This document shows positions 1 through 9,330 of a DNA stretch of 64,000 nucleotides, one piece after another. Each line of letters opens with the position of its first letter. Position 1 is the stretch's first letter. This stretch comes from Rubripirellula sp. (lineage in GTDB: Bacteria > Planctomycetota > Planctomycetia > Pirellulales > Pirellulaceae): assembly GCA_965216875.1 (NCBI GenBank), contig OZ244207.1:3808001-3872000 (forward strand), in the 5' to 3' direction. A model generated the notes under the pieces. It saw nothing but the letters and a program-made list of their open reading frames with translations. It ran no database searches and was not told the DNA's origin. A program made the position numbers and the translations under genes.

Positions 1-999
1 ACGGGCCGCGATGGGTTGATCGGCAAAGCACGTTTGGCTCGCACGTTGCTCGCAGCCGGGCACAACGATTTGGCGACGCAGATTGCGGAAGAGATCTGGC
101 AAGACGCCGATGAGTTCCAAAGCATGGTCGACAGCAACCAGCGAAAGCTAATGGTCGGCGAATCCCGCGTGGTGGTTCCTGTGCTGGCGATCCTTGACTT
201 GAAACGTGCCCAACAACTCATTCGCCTCACAGCGCGCGAGGTCGAACTCGATCGTCTGCTATCAGAATGCGAATTGACTTGGGGGCAAGCCAACGCGAAA
301 GCTTGGATCCAACATTTGGAAAAAGGCAATGTCGATGCGATCGACGGCGGTGGAATTGCGAGCTGGCTGCGGTACCAGAACGAAGCGGGAACGATGTGGA
401 AACAGGGGCTCGGCGAACCTGGGATAGTGGGGCCGTTGATCAGCGACCTCAACACACGCATCGGTTTCTTGCTTGCTCATGCACGCCTAAGCTCCAACGA
501 AGAAGAACGCCAAAGCTTGATCGAGCAAACGGTTCAAGCAATGTCGTCGATCAACCGTCTGGAATCGGATCACTACCTGTTCCATTACACGGGTGTCGTG
601 TTGCCGGCACTCCAGCAATTCGATTCTCTCGCTCCCGAGTTGCTTGATGCGTTGATCTTTGAGTCGCTTTGGCAATTACCAGAAAGTTTTGAATCGGATC
701 GGCTGCACACGATCCTGGGGGGCGCTGCGAGGATCGTTTCGTTTCGTGATCGTGAACTTGGTCGCCAACTGCTTGAGCCAGCGTTTGAAGACACCGGCTG
801 GTTGTTTGGTGGCCGCCAATTGCGACTCAACAACAATCAATCGATTCTTTCGATCGCCAGCGTCGATCCAATGTGGTGTGTCGACGTGGTCAACAAGCTC
901 TGTGACGGGCCGTTGGCGCAGGACGAAGCCGCTCAGCTCGAAGTCCGCGCCGGGGTCGCCGCTGAACTTGTCAAAGAAGCGATGCGGCAAAAGCAGTAA
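1..999 (+). CDS. C-terminal part of a helical-repeat (TPR-like) hypothetical protein, truncated by the window start
   Basis: Frame is open from position 1 to TAA at 997-999; amphipathic helical pattern; the TTG at 16 is probably internal. Confidence 0.75.
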   Translation, partial: TGRDGLIGKARLARTLLAAGHNDLATQIAEEIWQDADEFQSMVDSNQRKLMVGESRVVVPVLAILDLKRAQQLIRLTAREVELDRLLSECELTWGQANAKAWIQHLEKGNVDAIDGGGIASWLRYQNEAGTMWKQGLGEPGIVGPLISDLNTRIGFLLAHARLSSNEEERQSLIEQTVQAMSSINRLESDHYLFHYTGVVLPALQQFDSLAPELLDALIFESLWQLPESFESDRLHTILGGAARIVSFRDRELGRQLLEPAFEDTGWLFGGRQLRLNNNQSILSIASVDPMWCVDVVNKLCDGPLAQDEAAQLEVRAGVAAELVKEAMRQKQ

Positions 1000-1017
1000 C
1001 CTCTCAACGCCGCTCAA

Positions 1018-1545
<528 letters not shown>

Positions 1546-1734
1546 AGGAGGACGAGCGAGCATGACCACCAGCGGTAAGCCATTTTCTGGGCCCGCGAAG
1601 AAAAATCGTGTTTCACGCCGCGAAACACGGAAACCAGAAACCTCGCTTTTTACGTGGTTTTTGCGGCCAAGCAGCCGAACGCTTCATTCTTGCGACGACA
1701 AAATTGCTTCCGCGGCAAATCGCCGTTGACATCA

Positions 1735-2100
1735 CAAAGCGACGGCTGTTAATCCCCGACCAAGGTGATGACACGACCAACGTGATGCCCGTTCGTATTG
1801 ATCACGCTGACTCGGAATCACACAACCGTCCACTACAGAAGTTTCATCGTTGGTGAACGCTTTGCGGGAAACGTTCACTGGCCTCCCAACTTGGTCGGAG
1901 CATTCAATCGCTTGCCAAGACGATTTCTGGGTCAATCGTCTCGGTCGGCGGCTCCACGTTGAAACTTCACTGTGCATCGGGACGTCGTCTCTCGGCGGCG
2001 TTCCGATGCCAGGATACACTCCAACCGCGTGGGACGAGGGAACGATCAACCTCGTCCACGCTCTTCTGTCGGCGAGCTGCGACTAGCAGCAAGGGAACTT
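1735..2100. ncRNA. Candidate structured non-coding RNA region (family unknown)
   Basis: Long-range stem 1754-1764/1890-1900; hairpins 1778-1809, 1853-1878, 1918-1941, 1974-2009, 2027-2061, 2076-2090; no convincing ORF. Confidence 0.4.
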
Positions 2101-2138
2101 GCTGAGCCCCTGTTTGCTCGTGATGAAATGCGAGATGA

Positions 2139-2207
2139 GGGACTCGTGGCCTCGTCCACTACGAGGTGTGATGGGAGGTTTGAGGGACTCGTGGCCTCGT
2201 CCACTAC
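2139..2207. repeat. Two tandem GTAG-type REPs (GTAGTGGACGAGGCCACGAGTCCC, reverse orientation)
   Basis: Copies at 2139-2162 and 2184-2207; same family at 10637-10736. Confidence 0.9.
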
Positions 2208-2282
2208 GAAGAGGGTGGGCGCGTCCCGCTTGTCCATGATGACGATGTGGCAACCGCCGGGGCGATTCTGTACGATCCGGTT

Positions 2283-3245
2283 ATGGCTGATGTCGCGAAC
2301 AAAGAAGACGAAGAACAACCTGACGCCGAGGGCGTTGGTGTCGACGATGCTGCTGAGGATGACGGCATCTCGGTAGGCGTCGCCCCCGATGGCGCGGGCG
2401 ATTCGGCCGATGAACCTGCAAGCTCCGAGTCGACCGAAGAGGGCGATGATTCTTCCGAGGAGGCTGACGAGCCACTCGAGATTTCTCCCCGTGAGAAGCA
2501 ACGTCGAATTCGCCGTCGTCACATGATGTGGGCAATCGTCCTGACGGCTGTCTTTGTCACAATCGTCGTCTATTCCAGCGGCGTGCTGCACCCGCGCAGG
2601 GACCAGGATCTGTTGGCGATCGCGCCGAGCGTTCTCTTCGAGAACCTGTGTACCGAGGTCGCGAAAGAGAACGGCACCAAGCTGCACGTTGCCGATTTTG
2701 AAGTCACCGATTCGATGATCCCACAGATTGTCGAATTGAAATCGATCGACACATTCATTGTCGATCAAGGAAAACTCACCGACCGAGCGATGATCGCCAT
2801 CTCGGCGCTCCCGAATCTGCGACATCTACGACTGCGTCTCTCGCCCATCTCCGACGAAGGACTCGAGACGATCGCGCAGTGCGAGTCCCTCTGGTACTTG
2901 AACTTGCCCCACGTTGATTGCACACCTGAGGGTGTCGCGTCACTCGCACAACTACCGCGACTGCGACAGCTTCGGTTGGGATCGACCGAACTCGGCAACG
3001 AAGTGACCAACTCAATCGCAAAGATCGAATCCCTCCGTGGCATCCATCTCATTGGTGTCGCCGTGACCGACGAGGGACTGAAGACACTCGCCGCCATGCC
3101 TCACCTTGAATCACTCTACCTTGATGATTCCAAAGTCACCGAAGCCGGATGGATGTGGTTGTTCAAAAACTACCCCCAGCTTCATGTGCACATCGATCAA
3201 GAACACCACGACTACGACCCGCACGCGCACCAGCATCACGAGTAA
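2283..3245 (+). CDS. Membrane-anchored leucine-rich-repeat protein with acidic N-terminus and His-rich tail
   Basis: Asp/Glu-rich N-terminus, Arg cluster, one TM helix, ~24-aa LxxLxxLxL..I(S/T)DEGL repeats, C-terminus HHDYDPHAHQHHE; ATG at 2283 chosen. Confidence 0.8.
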   Translation: MADVANKEDEEQPDAEGVGVDDAAEDDGISVGVAPDGAGDSADEPASSESTEEGDDSSEEADEPLEISPREKQRRIRRRHMMWAIVLTAVFVTIVVYSSGVLHPRRDQDLLAIAPSVLFENLCTEVAKENGTKLHVADFEVTDSMIPQIVELKSIDTFIVDQGKLTDRAMIAISALPNLRHLRLRLSPISDEGLETIAQCESLWYLNLPHVDCTPEGVASLAQLPRLRQLRLGSTELGNEVTNSIAKIESLRGIHLIGVAVTDEGLKTLAAMPHLESLYLDDSKVTEAGWMWLFKNYPQLHVHIDQEHHDYDPHAHQHHE

Positions 3246-3270
3246 AACTGCTTCCTGATTCTCGCGCACC

Positions 3271-4377
3271 TTGCTAGGAGCCCGACCCTTGCTGCCACCA
3301 CGACTTGAAACGCTCGCCGCAAGACTTGATGAGCTCGAAATGGATGCGATGCTCGTCACGGACGAAATCAACGTTCGCTACCTTTCCGGATTCACCGGCG
3401 ACAGCTCCTATTTGCTCGTTACCCGAAAGGGCACGACGATCATGAGCGACGGACGGTATGACACTCAGATTGCTGATGAATGTCCTGCGCTCGCAACGGC
3501 GATTCGTCCCCCCGGACAACTAATGCAAGATCTTCTGGCCGAGGTGATCAAGGGTTCGGGGCAGTCACGCGTCGGATTCGAAGCGGCTCATGTGACTGTG
3601 GCATCGCTTGCGGTGATGACAGAAAGCTGCCCAGACATTCAATGGATCGAGACGAGCGGTGTCGTTGAACAACAACGAATGATCAAAGACGCCGATGAAA
3701 TCGAGACGACACGCAAAGCGGTTGAAATCGCCCAGCGCAGTTTCCAAGCAGTCCTGCCGATGATCACCACCGCTTCGAGCGAGCGGGAGATTGCCCATGA
3801 CCTCGAAGCCAAAATGCGAACCCTCGGAGCCGAAGGGGTTAGCTTTGCTCCGATCGTTGCCGCCGGCGCCGCGGGCGCCCTTCCGCACTACCGCCCAGGC
3901 CCGGCGATGATCGGCGATTCGGCGACGCTGTTGGTCGACTGGGGCACCTGCTACGACGGGTATGCGAGCGACCTGACACGGACATTTCATCGCCAGACGG
4001 CCAGCGACGCATTTCGTCGAGCTTATGACGTCGTGCTCGAAGCCCAGCTGGCCGCGATCGCCGCCATCGGTCCCGGCGTGGCTGCGAGCGACGTTGACCG
4101 GGCGGCCCGCGAGATTTTGGAAAAAGCTGGACTCGGCGACGCCTTCAAGCATGGACTCGGGCACGGCACCGGCCTGCAAATCCACGAATCGCCCCGAATG
4201 TCGTCTGTGAGCGACGAAATCCTCGATAGCGGCATGATTATCACCGTTGAACCGGGCGTCTATTTCGAGGGAGACTTTGGGATTCGCATCGAGGATGACG
4301 TGCTCGTGACCCCTGAGGGTGCGGAAGTCCTTAGCAGTCTGGCAAAGGGCCTCGATGATTGCCGTTTGATGCTGTAA
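3271..4377 (+). CDS. Xaa-Pro peptidase (M24B family)
   Basis: NVRYLSGFTG, DWG..YDGYASDLTRT, HGLGHGTGLQIHE, TVEPGVY, GIRIEDDV motifs. Confidence 0.95.
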   Translation: MLGARPLLPPRLETLAARLDELEMDAMLVTDEINVRYLSGFTGDSSYLLVTRKGTTIMSDGRYDTQIADECPALATAIRPPGQLMQDLLAEVIKGSGQSRVGFEAAHVTVASLAVMTESCPDIQWIETSGVVEQQRMIKDADEIETTRKAVEIAQRSFQAVLPMITTASSEREIAHDLEAKMRTLGAEGVSFAPIVAAGAAGALPHYRPGPAMIGDSATLLVDWGTCYDGYASDLTRTFHRQTASDAFRRAYDVVLEAQLAAIAAIGPGVAASDVDRAAREILEKAGLGDAFKHGLGHGTGLQIHESPRMSSVSDEILDSGMIITVEPGVYFEGDFGIRIEDDVLVTPEGAEVLSSLAKGLDDCRLML

Positions 4378-4519
4378 AACTTGCACAACGATCGTTTACA
4401 GGTCGCCCCCCCTCATCGGAGCGGGACATGACCTCAACGGAACAAGACTGGAACGACCAAGCTTGTATGCATGCAAGCGTCGGTTTGCTGATTGAGATTT
4501 TTCTGACAACGAGTCAAGC

Positions 4520-5005
4520 ATGAGCAAAGGCGGAAAGCCCAACGACGACGTGTTCGATATCGAACGGATTCGCAAGATTATCGAGCTGATGGAACAGCAC
4601 GAGCTAAGCGAAGTGGATCTTCAGCAAGGCGACGAAAAGATCAAATTGAGTCGCGGTGGAGCGGCACCGATCCAGGCAATGCCTGCGGTCGCCCCCATGG
4701 CTCCTGCACCCGTCGCGCCGGCTGCGCCAGCCGATGCTGGCGGTGGCGCTGACACTTCGGGAACGATCACCATCGACGCTCCGATGGTTGGCACATTCTA
4801 TGCTCGCCCCAACCCCGAATCTGAACTCTTCGTCAAGGTCGGCGACGTGGTGAACGAAGACACTGTCGTTTGCATCGTCGAAGCCATGAAGGTGTTTAAC
4901 GAGATTCCTGCGGAGTGCCGTGGCAAGATCGTTGAAATCCTGGTCGACGATCAGCAGCCAGTTGATTTCGGAAAGCCGATGTTCCGTGTCCAACCGAGCA
5001 ACTAG
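4520..5005 (+). CDS. accB: Acetyl-CoA carboxylase biotin carboxyl carrier protein
   Basis: APMVGTFY and EAMK biotinylation motif; Pro/Ala linker; upstream of accC. Confidence 0.97.
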   Translation: MSKGGKPNDDVFDIERIRKIIELMEQHELSEVDLQQGDEKIKLSRGGAAPIQAMPAVAPMAPAPVAPAAPADAGGGADTSGTITIDAPMVGTFYARPNPESELFVKVGDVVNEDTVVCIVEAMKVFNEIPAECRGKIVEILVDDQQPVDFGKPMFRVQPSN

Positions 5006-5023
5006 CTGAAAGTTTGAAGACAA

Positions 5024-6367
5024 GTGTTTCAAAAACTACTGATCGCAAACCGCGGTGAGATCGCTCTACGTGTGATCCGTGCCTGCCGCGAGATGGGTGT
5101 TCAATCGGTCGCCGTCTACAGCGAAGCCGACGCCGACTCGATGCACGTTCAGCTGGCCGACGAAGCTTACTGTGTTGGGAAACCACGCAGCGCTGACAGC
5201 TATTTGAAAATCGACCAGATCATTGCGGCCGCGGAAGTCGGTAACGTCGACGCCGTGCACCCCGGATACGGATTCCTTGCTGAAAACGCTCACTTCAACG
5301 AAGTCTGCCGTTCAAGCGGATTCGAATTCATCGGACCAAGCCCCGAGGCAATGGAAAAACTGGGCGACAAAAACACCGCCCGATCGATGGCAATCGCCAA
5401 CGATGTTCCCGTCGTCCCCGGAAGCGACGGCTTGGTCGAAGACGACTCGACCGCAGCCGAAATCGCACGCGAAATTGGCTACCCCGTTCTGATCAAAGCG
5501 ACCGCCGGTGGTGGTGGCAAAGGGATGCGCGTCGCGGAAGACGAAGATTCGCTCCTGACCGCACTCAATCAAGCCCGCACCGAAGCGCTGGCCGCATTTG
5601 GAAACGGGGGCGTTTACCTGGAACGCTACGTTGGCAATCCTCGCCACATCGAAGTCCAAGTGATCGCCGACAACCACGGCAACGTTTGTCACTTGTTCGA
5701 ACGCGACTGCAGCGTCCAACGCCGTCACCAAAAGTTGATCGAAGAGGCGCCAAGCCCGAACTTGCCTGCCGACCGCCGTCAGGCGATTTGCGAAGCAGCG
5801 GTTCGAATGATCCGTGGTGCCGAGTACAGCAACGCGGCAACGGTCGAGTTCATCGTCGATGAGAACAACGACTTCTTTTTCATCGAAGTGAATGCTCGAA
5901 TTCAAGTCGAGCACCCAGTGACCGAAATGATCACCGGCGTCGACTTGATCAAAGAACAAATCCGCGTCGCAGCGGGCGAGAAACTGTCGTTCTCGCAGGA
6001 CGACCTGAAGTGCAGTGGTGCGGCGATTGAGTGCCGAATCAACGCCGAAGACCCTGACAAGAACTTCCGCCCCAACCCCGGCAAGATCACCAAGTTGTTC
6101 ACGCCGGGCGGACTCGGCGTCCGATTCGATTCGCACGTCTATGGCGGCTACACCGTACCGCCTCACTATGACTCGATGATCGGCAAACTGATCGTTTACC
6201 GACCGACTCGCGAAGACGCAATCGCAACCATGCGACGAGCACTCGCTGAGATGCAAGTGGAAGGGATCGCCACCACCGCCGCATTCCACGACAAAGTGCT
6301 CCAGCACCCCGAGTTTGTCGAGGGTCGCCACGACACCAAGTTCGTCGAACGCGAATTCATCGACTAG
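5024..6367 (+). CDS. accC: Acetyl-CoA carboxylase biotin carboxylase subunit
   Basis: [58 protein letters not shown]. Confidence 0.98.
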   Translation: MFQKLLIANRGEIALRVIRACREMGVQSVAVYSEADADSMHVQLADEAYCVGKPRSADSYLKIDQIIAAAEVGNVDAVHPGYGFLAENAHFNEVCRSSGFEFIGPSPEAMEKLGDKNTARSMAIANDVPVVPGSDGLVEDDSTAAEIAREIGYPVLIKATAGGGGKGMRVAEDEDSLLTALNQARTEALAAFGNGGVYLERYVGNPRHIEVQVIADNHGNVCHLFERDCSVQRRHQKLIEEAPSPNLPADRRQAICEAAVRMIRGAEYSNAATVEFIVDENNDFFFIEVNARIQVEHPVTEMITGVDLIKEQIRVAAGEKLSFSQDDLKCSGAAIECRINAEDPDKNFRPNPGKITKLFTPGGLGVRFDSHVYGGYTVPPHYDSMIGKLIVYRPTREDAIATMRRALAEMQVEGIATTAAFHDKVLQHPEFVEGRHDTKFVEREFID

Positions 6368-6385
6368 AGGCTGTTGTCGCTGAGC

Positions 6386-6542
6386 TGAGCCGAACGCGCT
6401 AGCGTCGGGCCTCACACTTTTTTTGATCCCGAAGGGCCCGAGGCTAGCGCCTGCGGCTCAGGACGCAAGAGGACGCGGAGCGTCCAAGAGTGCGTGACCA
6501 CGCAGAGCGGGGTCACGAGGTTGAGCAGAGCGGGGTCACGAG
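6386..6542. repeat. REP-like cluster between converging accC and met genes
   Basis: Inverted pair TGAGCCGAACGCGCTAGCGTCGGGCC..GGCCCGAGGCTAGCGCCTGCGGCTCA (6386-6460), then an ACGCGGAGCG/GTCACGAG element (6471-6519) with partial duplication (6525-6542). Confidence 0.9.
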
Positions 6543-6557
6543 GTTAGGCACTCCAGC

Positions 6558-7742
6558 CTAGGCCGATTGGATCGCTTGCTCCAAATCAGCCTGCAAGTCC
6601 TCGGCCGATTCCAATCCGACGGACAATCGAATCAGGCCGTCGGTGATTCCGAATCGGGCTCGATCTTCGGCATCGTAACTGGCGTGCGACATGGTCGCAG
6701 GCTGCTCAATTAGCGACTCGACCGCTCCAAGGCTGACGGCCAAGTGAAACAGCCGCGTCGCCTCGCATGCCTTTGCCGTCTGGTCAATCGTGCCATCGAG
6801 TTCGAAGGTCACCATCGCTCCGAAACCGCCGTCGAGCAGTTTCGACGCGCGATCGTGTTGCGGGTGTTCTGTCAGCCCTGGGTAGAGGACTGACTTGACG
6901 CGTGGATGCGACTGCAGCCACGTCGCAAGTTTCAGTGCCGTTGCCGATTGCTCGCGAATCCGCAAGTCAAGCGTCTTCAAACCACGCGAGACCAAGAAAC
7001 AACTCAGTGGATCGAGGACCGCTCCCGTGGCGTTCTGGATGTAATAGAGCTCGTCGAGCAGTTCTTTCGTCCGAACCGCAAGCGTGCCACCAAGACAGTC
7101 GCTATGGCCACCAAGGTATTTGGTCGCCGAATGCATCACGATGTCAATGTTCTGCTCGATGGGACGCACCAGCGCGGGCGTGCCAAAGGTATTGTCCACT
7201 CCGATCACCGCGCCGCGAGCGTGTGTCACTTCCGCAAGCGCCGCCAAGTCGGGAATCGTCAAACGTGGATTGCCGATCGTTTCGGCCCAGACCAATTTCG
7301 TCTTGTCCGTGATCGCCGCTTCGACGGCCGAGGTGTCGGTCATGTCGACAAGGGTGACCTCGATCCCGCTACGGTCACAGATTTTGTGAAGCAACCGATA
7401 AGCACCACCATACAAATCGCATCCAGCAACCACGTGGTCGCCGGTGCGGAGCATCATCGTGACACAGTGGATCGCAGCCATTCCGGACGAAAAGGCCAAC
7501 GCTCCCGCTGCGCCTTCGAGCGAAGCGAGCGTCGATTGCAGGTTGGTCCGAGTCGGATTGCCGCTGCGCGAATAGTCGAACTCACCCCACTCGCCAGCAC
7601 CTGGTTGGCGAAACGTGCTTGCAAGGTGAATGGGCGGAACGACGGCGCCGGTTGCGGGGTCAATTTCGTTACCGACGTGAATCGCGCGCGTACGAAACGA
7701 TTCGTTGTTGTGGTCGTGACCGCCGCCAGAATTGTCGGTCAT
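6558..7742 (-). CDS. Cys/Met metabolism PLP enzyme (cystathionine beta/gamma-lyase-like)
   Basis: YSRSGNPTR, FSSGMAA, VDNTF, HSATKYLGGHSD, AVSLGAVESL, LIRLSVGLE; ATG overlaps the upstream stop (ATGA). Confidence 0.93.
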   Translation of the reverse strand: MTDNSGGGHDHNNESFRTRAIHVGNEIDPATGAVVPPIHLASTFRQPGAGEWGEFDYSRSGNPTRTNLQSTLASLEGAAGALAFSSGMAAIHCVTMMLRTGDHVVAGCDLYGGAYRLLHKICDRSGIEVTLVDMTDTSAVEAAITDKTKLVWAETIGNPRLTIPDLAALAEVTHARGAVIGVDNTFGTPALVRPIEQNIDIVMHSATKYLGGHSDCLGGTLAVRTKELLDELYYIQNATGAVLDPLSCFLVSRGLKTLDLRIREQSATALKLATWLQSHPRVKSVLYPGLTEHPQHDRASKLLDGGFGAMVTFELDGTIDQTAKACEATRLFHLAVSLGAVESLIEQPATMSHASYDAEDRARFGITDGLIRLSVGLESAEDLQADLEQAIQSA

Positions 7743-9049
7743 GCCTTGAGTGCCTGGTCGAGGTCGCGAATCAAGTCTTCCGGATTTTCGATGCCACAAG
7801 ACATACGAATCATGTTGTCAGGAATCCCAAACCGCTGACGCTCTTCGGGCGTGCAATGGAAGTAGCTCATGATCAACGGCTGCTCGATCAACGTCTCGAC
7901 TCCGCCAAGGCTTGGAGCGATCCGAGCGATCTGAGAACCATCGACAATACGTGAGGTTTCCTTCCAGTCAGCGTCTTTGACCAGGAAGGTGATCAGGCCA
8001 CCAAAGCCCTTCATCTGCGACGCCGCGATGGCGTGCGTCGGATGTGACTTGAGGCCCGGGTAGTAGACCTTTTCAACGCGGGGATGAGCCTCAAGGAACT
8101 CGGCAACACGTTGGCCGTTTTCGTTGTGACGCTGCATCCGCAGTTCGAACGTCTTCAACCCACGTTCGAGCAAGTAGAGGCTGTGGGGCGAATTCACGCT
8201 GCCCAAGATGCCTCGCAATGCACGAACCGGTTCGAGCGCCTCTTTACGGCCCGAGATGACGCCTGCCAACAAATCGTTGTGGCCACCAAGGTATTTCGTG
8301 GCAGAGTGCAGGACGTAATCGACACCGTAATCAACGGGCTTGATGTTGTAAGGCGTCGCAAGCGTCGCATCGATCAACGTTTCGACTTCGTGAGCCTTAC
8401 CAATCGCAACAAACCGCTCCAGATCGACGGCCGTCAAATGAGGGTTGGTCGGCGATTCCGAAACCAGCATCTTGGTCGCCGGGGTGATCGCAGCCTCCAT
8501 CGCATCGAAGTCCCCCGTGGGAACTTGGCGAGTGACGACACCGAAACGCGAGAGGTGCTTGGTGCAGAATTCGCGACTTCGGTGATAGCACTGGTCAAAG
8601 AAAACGATCTCGTCGCCCGCGTTCAAACGACTCATCAACAGCCCGACGATCGCCGCCATCCCACTGCTGTAAAGGATCGCGTCTTCGGCACCATCAAGCG
8701 CGGCAAGCTTCGCCTCGACGCTCTTTTCATTGGGGTTGCCGTAGCGGCCGTACTCTTCGCGTTCTTCCCGTCCCTCGACAAATTCCATCAACGAGTCAGT
8801 CGACTCAAATGTGTACGTCGAGGCGGTAAAGATCGGAGCGGTGATCGAACCTTCCGGCTTCTGTCGGCGTTCGCCCGCGTGAACGCACTGGGTCGACAAA
8901 CCAAGTTCAGAGACTGGTAAGCTCTTCTTTGCCGGACTGTCGTCCGATTTGGGGGGTGAAACAGACTCTTGGAAAGAATCACCAAGGTCAGCATCAGAGG
9001 TGCGACCTGGAGTGGTCGCGTCAGAATCAATAGACATATTCGTTGGCAT
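7739..9049 (-). CDS. metB: Cystathionine gamma-synthase-like PLP enzyme
   Basis: EYGRYGNP, SSGMAA, ESPTNP, HSATKYLGGHND, IAPSLGGVETL, IRMSCGIE; exact specificity is inferred. Confidence 0.85.
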   Translation of the reverse strand: MPTNMSIDSDATTPGRTSDADLGDSFQESVSPPKSDDSPAKKSLPVSELGLSTQCVHAGERRQKPEGSITAPIFTASTYTFESTDSLMEFVEGREEREEYGRYGNPNEKSVEAKLAALDGAEDAILYSSGMAAIVGLLMSRLNAGDEIVFFDQCYHRSREFCTKHLSRFGVVTRQVPTGDFDAMEAAITPATKMLVSESPTNPHLTAVDLERFVAIGKAHEVETLIDATLATPYNIKPVDYGVDYVLHSATKYLGGHNDLLAGVISGRKEALEPVRALRGILGSVNSPHSLYLLERGLKTFELRMQRHNENGQRVAEFLEAHPRVEKVYYPGLKSHPTHAIAASQMKGFGGLITFLVKDADWKETSRIVDGSQIARIAPSLGGVETLIEQPLIMSYFHCTPEERQRFGIPDNMIRMSCGIENPEDLIRDLDQALKA

Positions 9050-9095
9050 GGCTCTTTAGCAGGTTAAGGCTGCAATCGGCCGCAAATCCCTACAA
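9047..9095 (-). promoter_or_regulatory. SAM-II/SAM-V-like riboswitch candidate
   Basis: Minus strand UAGGG-AUUUG-CGGCCGA-UUGCAG-CCUUA-AC-CUGCUAAAGAGCC-AUG; SAM-II hallmarks AUUUG, UUGCA, GCUAAA; directly abuts the start of a Met-biosynthesis operon. Confidence 0.7.
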
Positions 9096-9330
9096 GGGAC
9101 GCGAATTCACGTGTGAATCGTTTGCGTCTGCTCCAAGATTACCCGCCACCAGGCAGATAGACAACCGTTTTCGCCCTTTCCTTTCCGAGTTCGACGATCG
9201 AAGATATGACGAATCAGCCGCATTGCTGTAGTCTCACAAACCGATAAAGCTTTACATCAAACCACAGATCTCCCGTTAAGGCGGGTGATTACAGGCTACA
9301 GTGGAATCGGAAGCCAGCGGCCAACACGGG

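Noticed and set aside
1735..2100. RNase P RNA, tmRNA, SRP RNA or tRNA
   Set aside because: No GAGGAAAGUCC, no tRNA-like ends or T-loop, and no SRP loop motif on either strand
4378..4519. Missing efp or a small gene between the peptidase and accB; palindrome GCTTGTAT-GC-ATGCAAGC
   Set aside because: The gap is only ~140 nt with no ORF; the single palindrome has no supporting second copy
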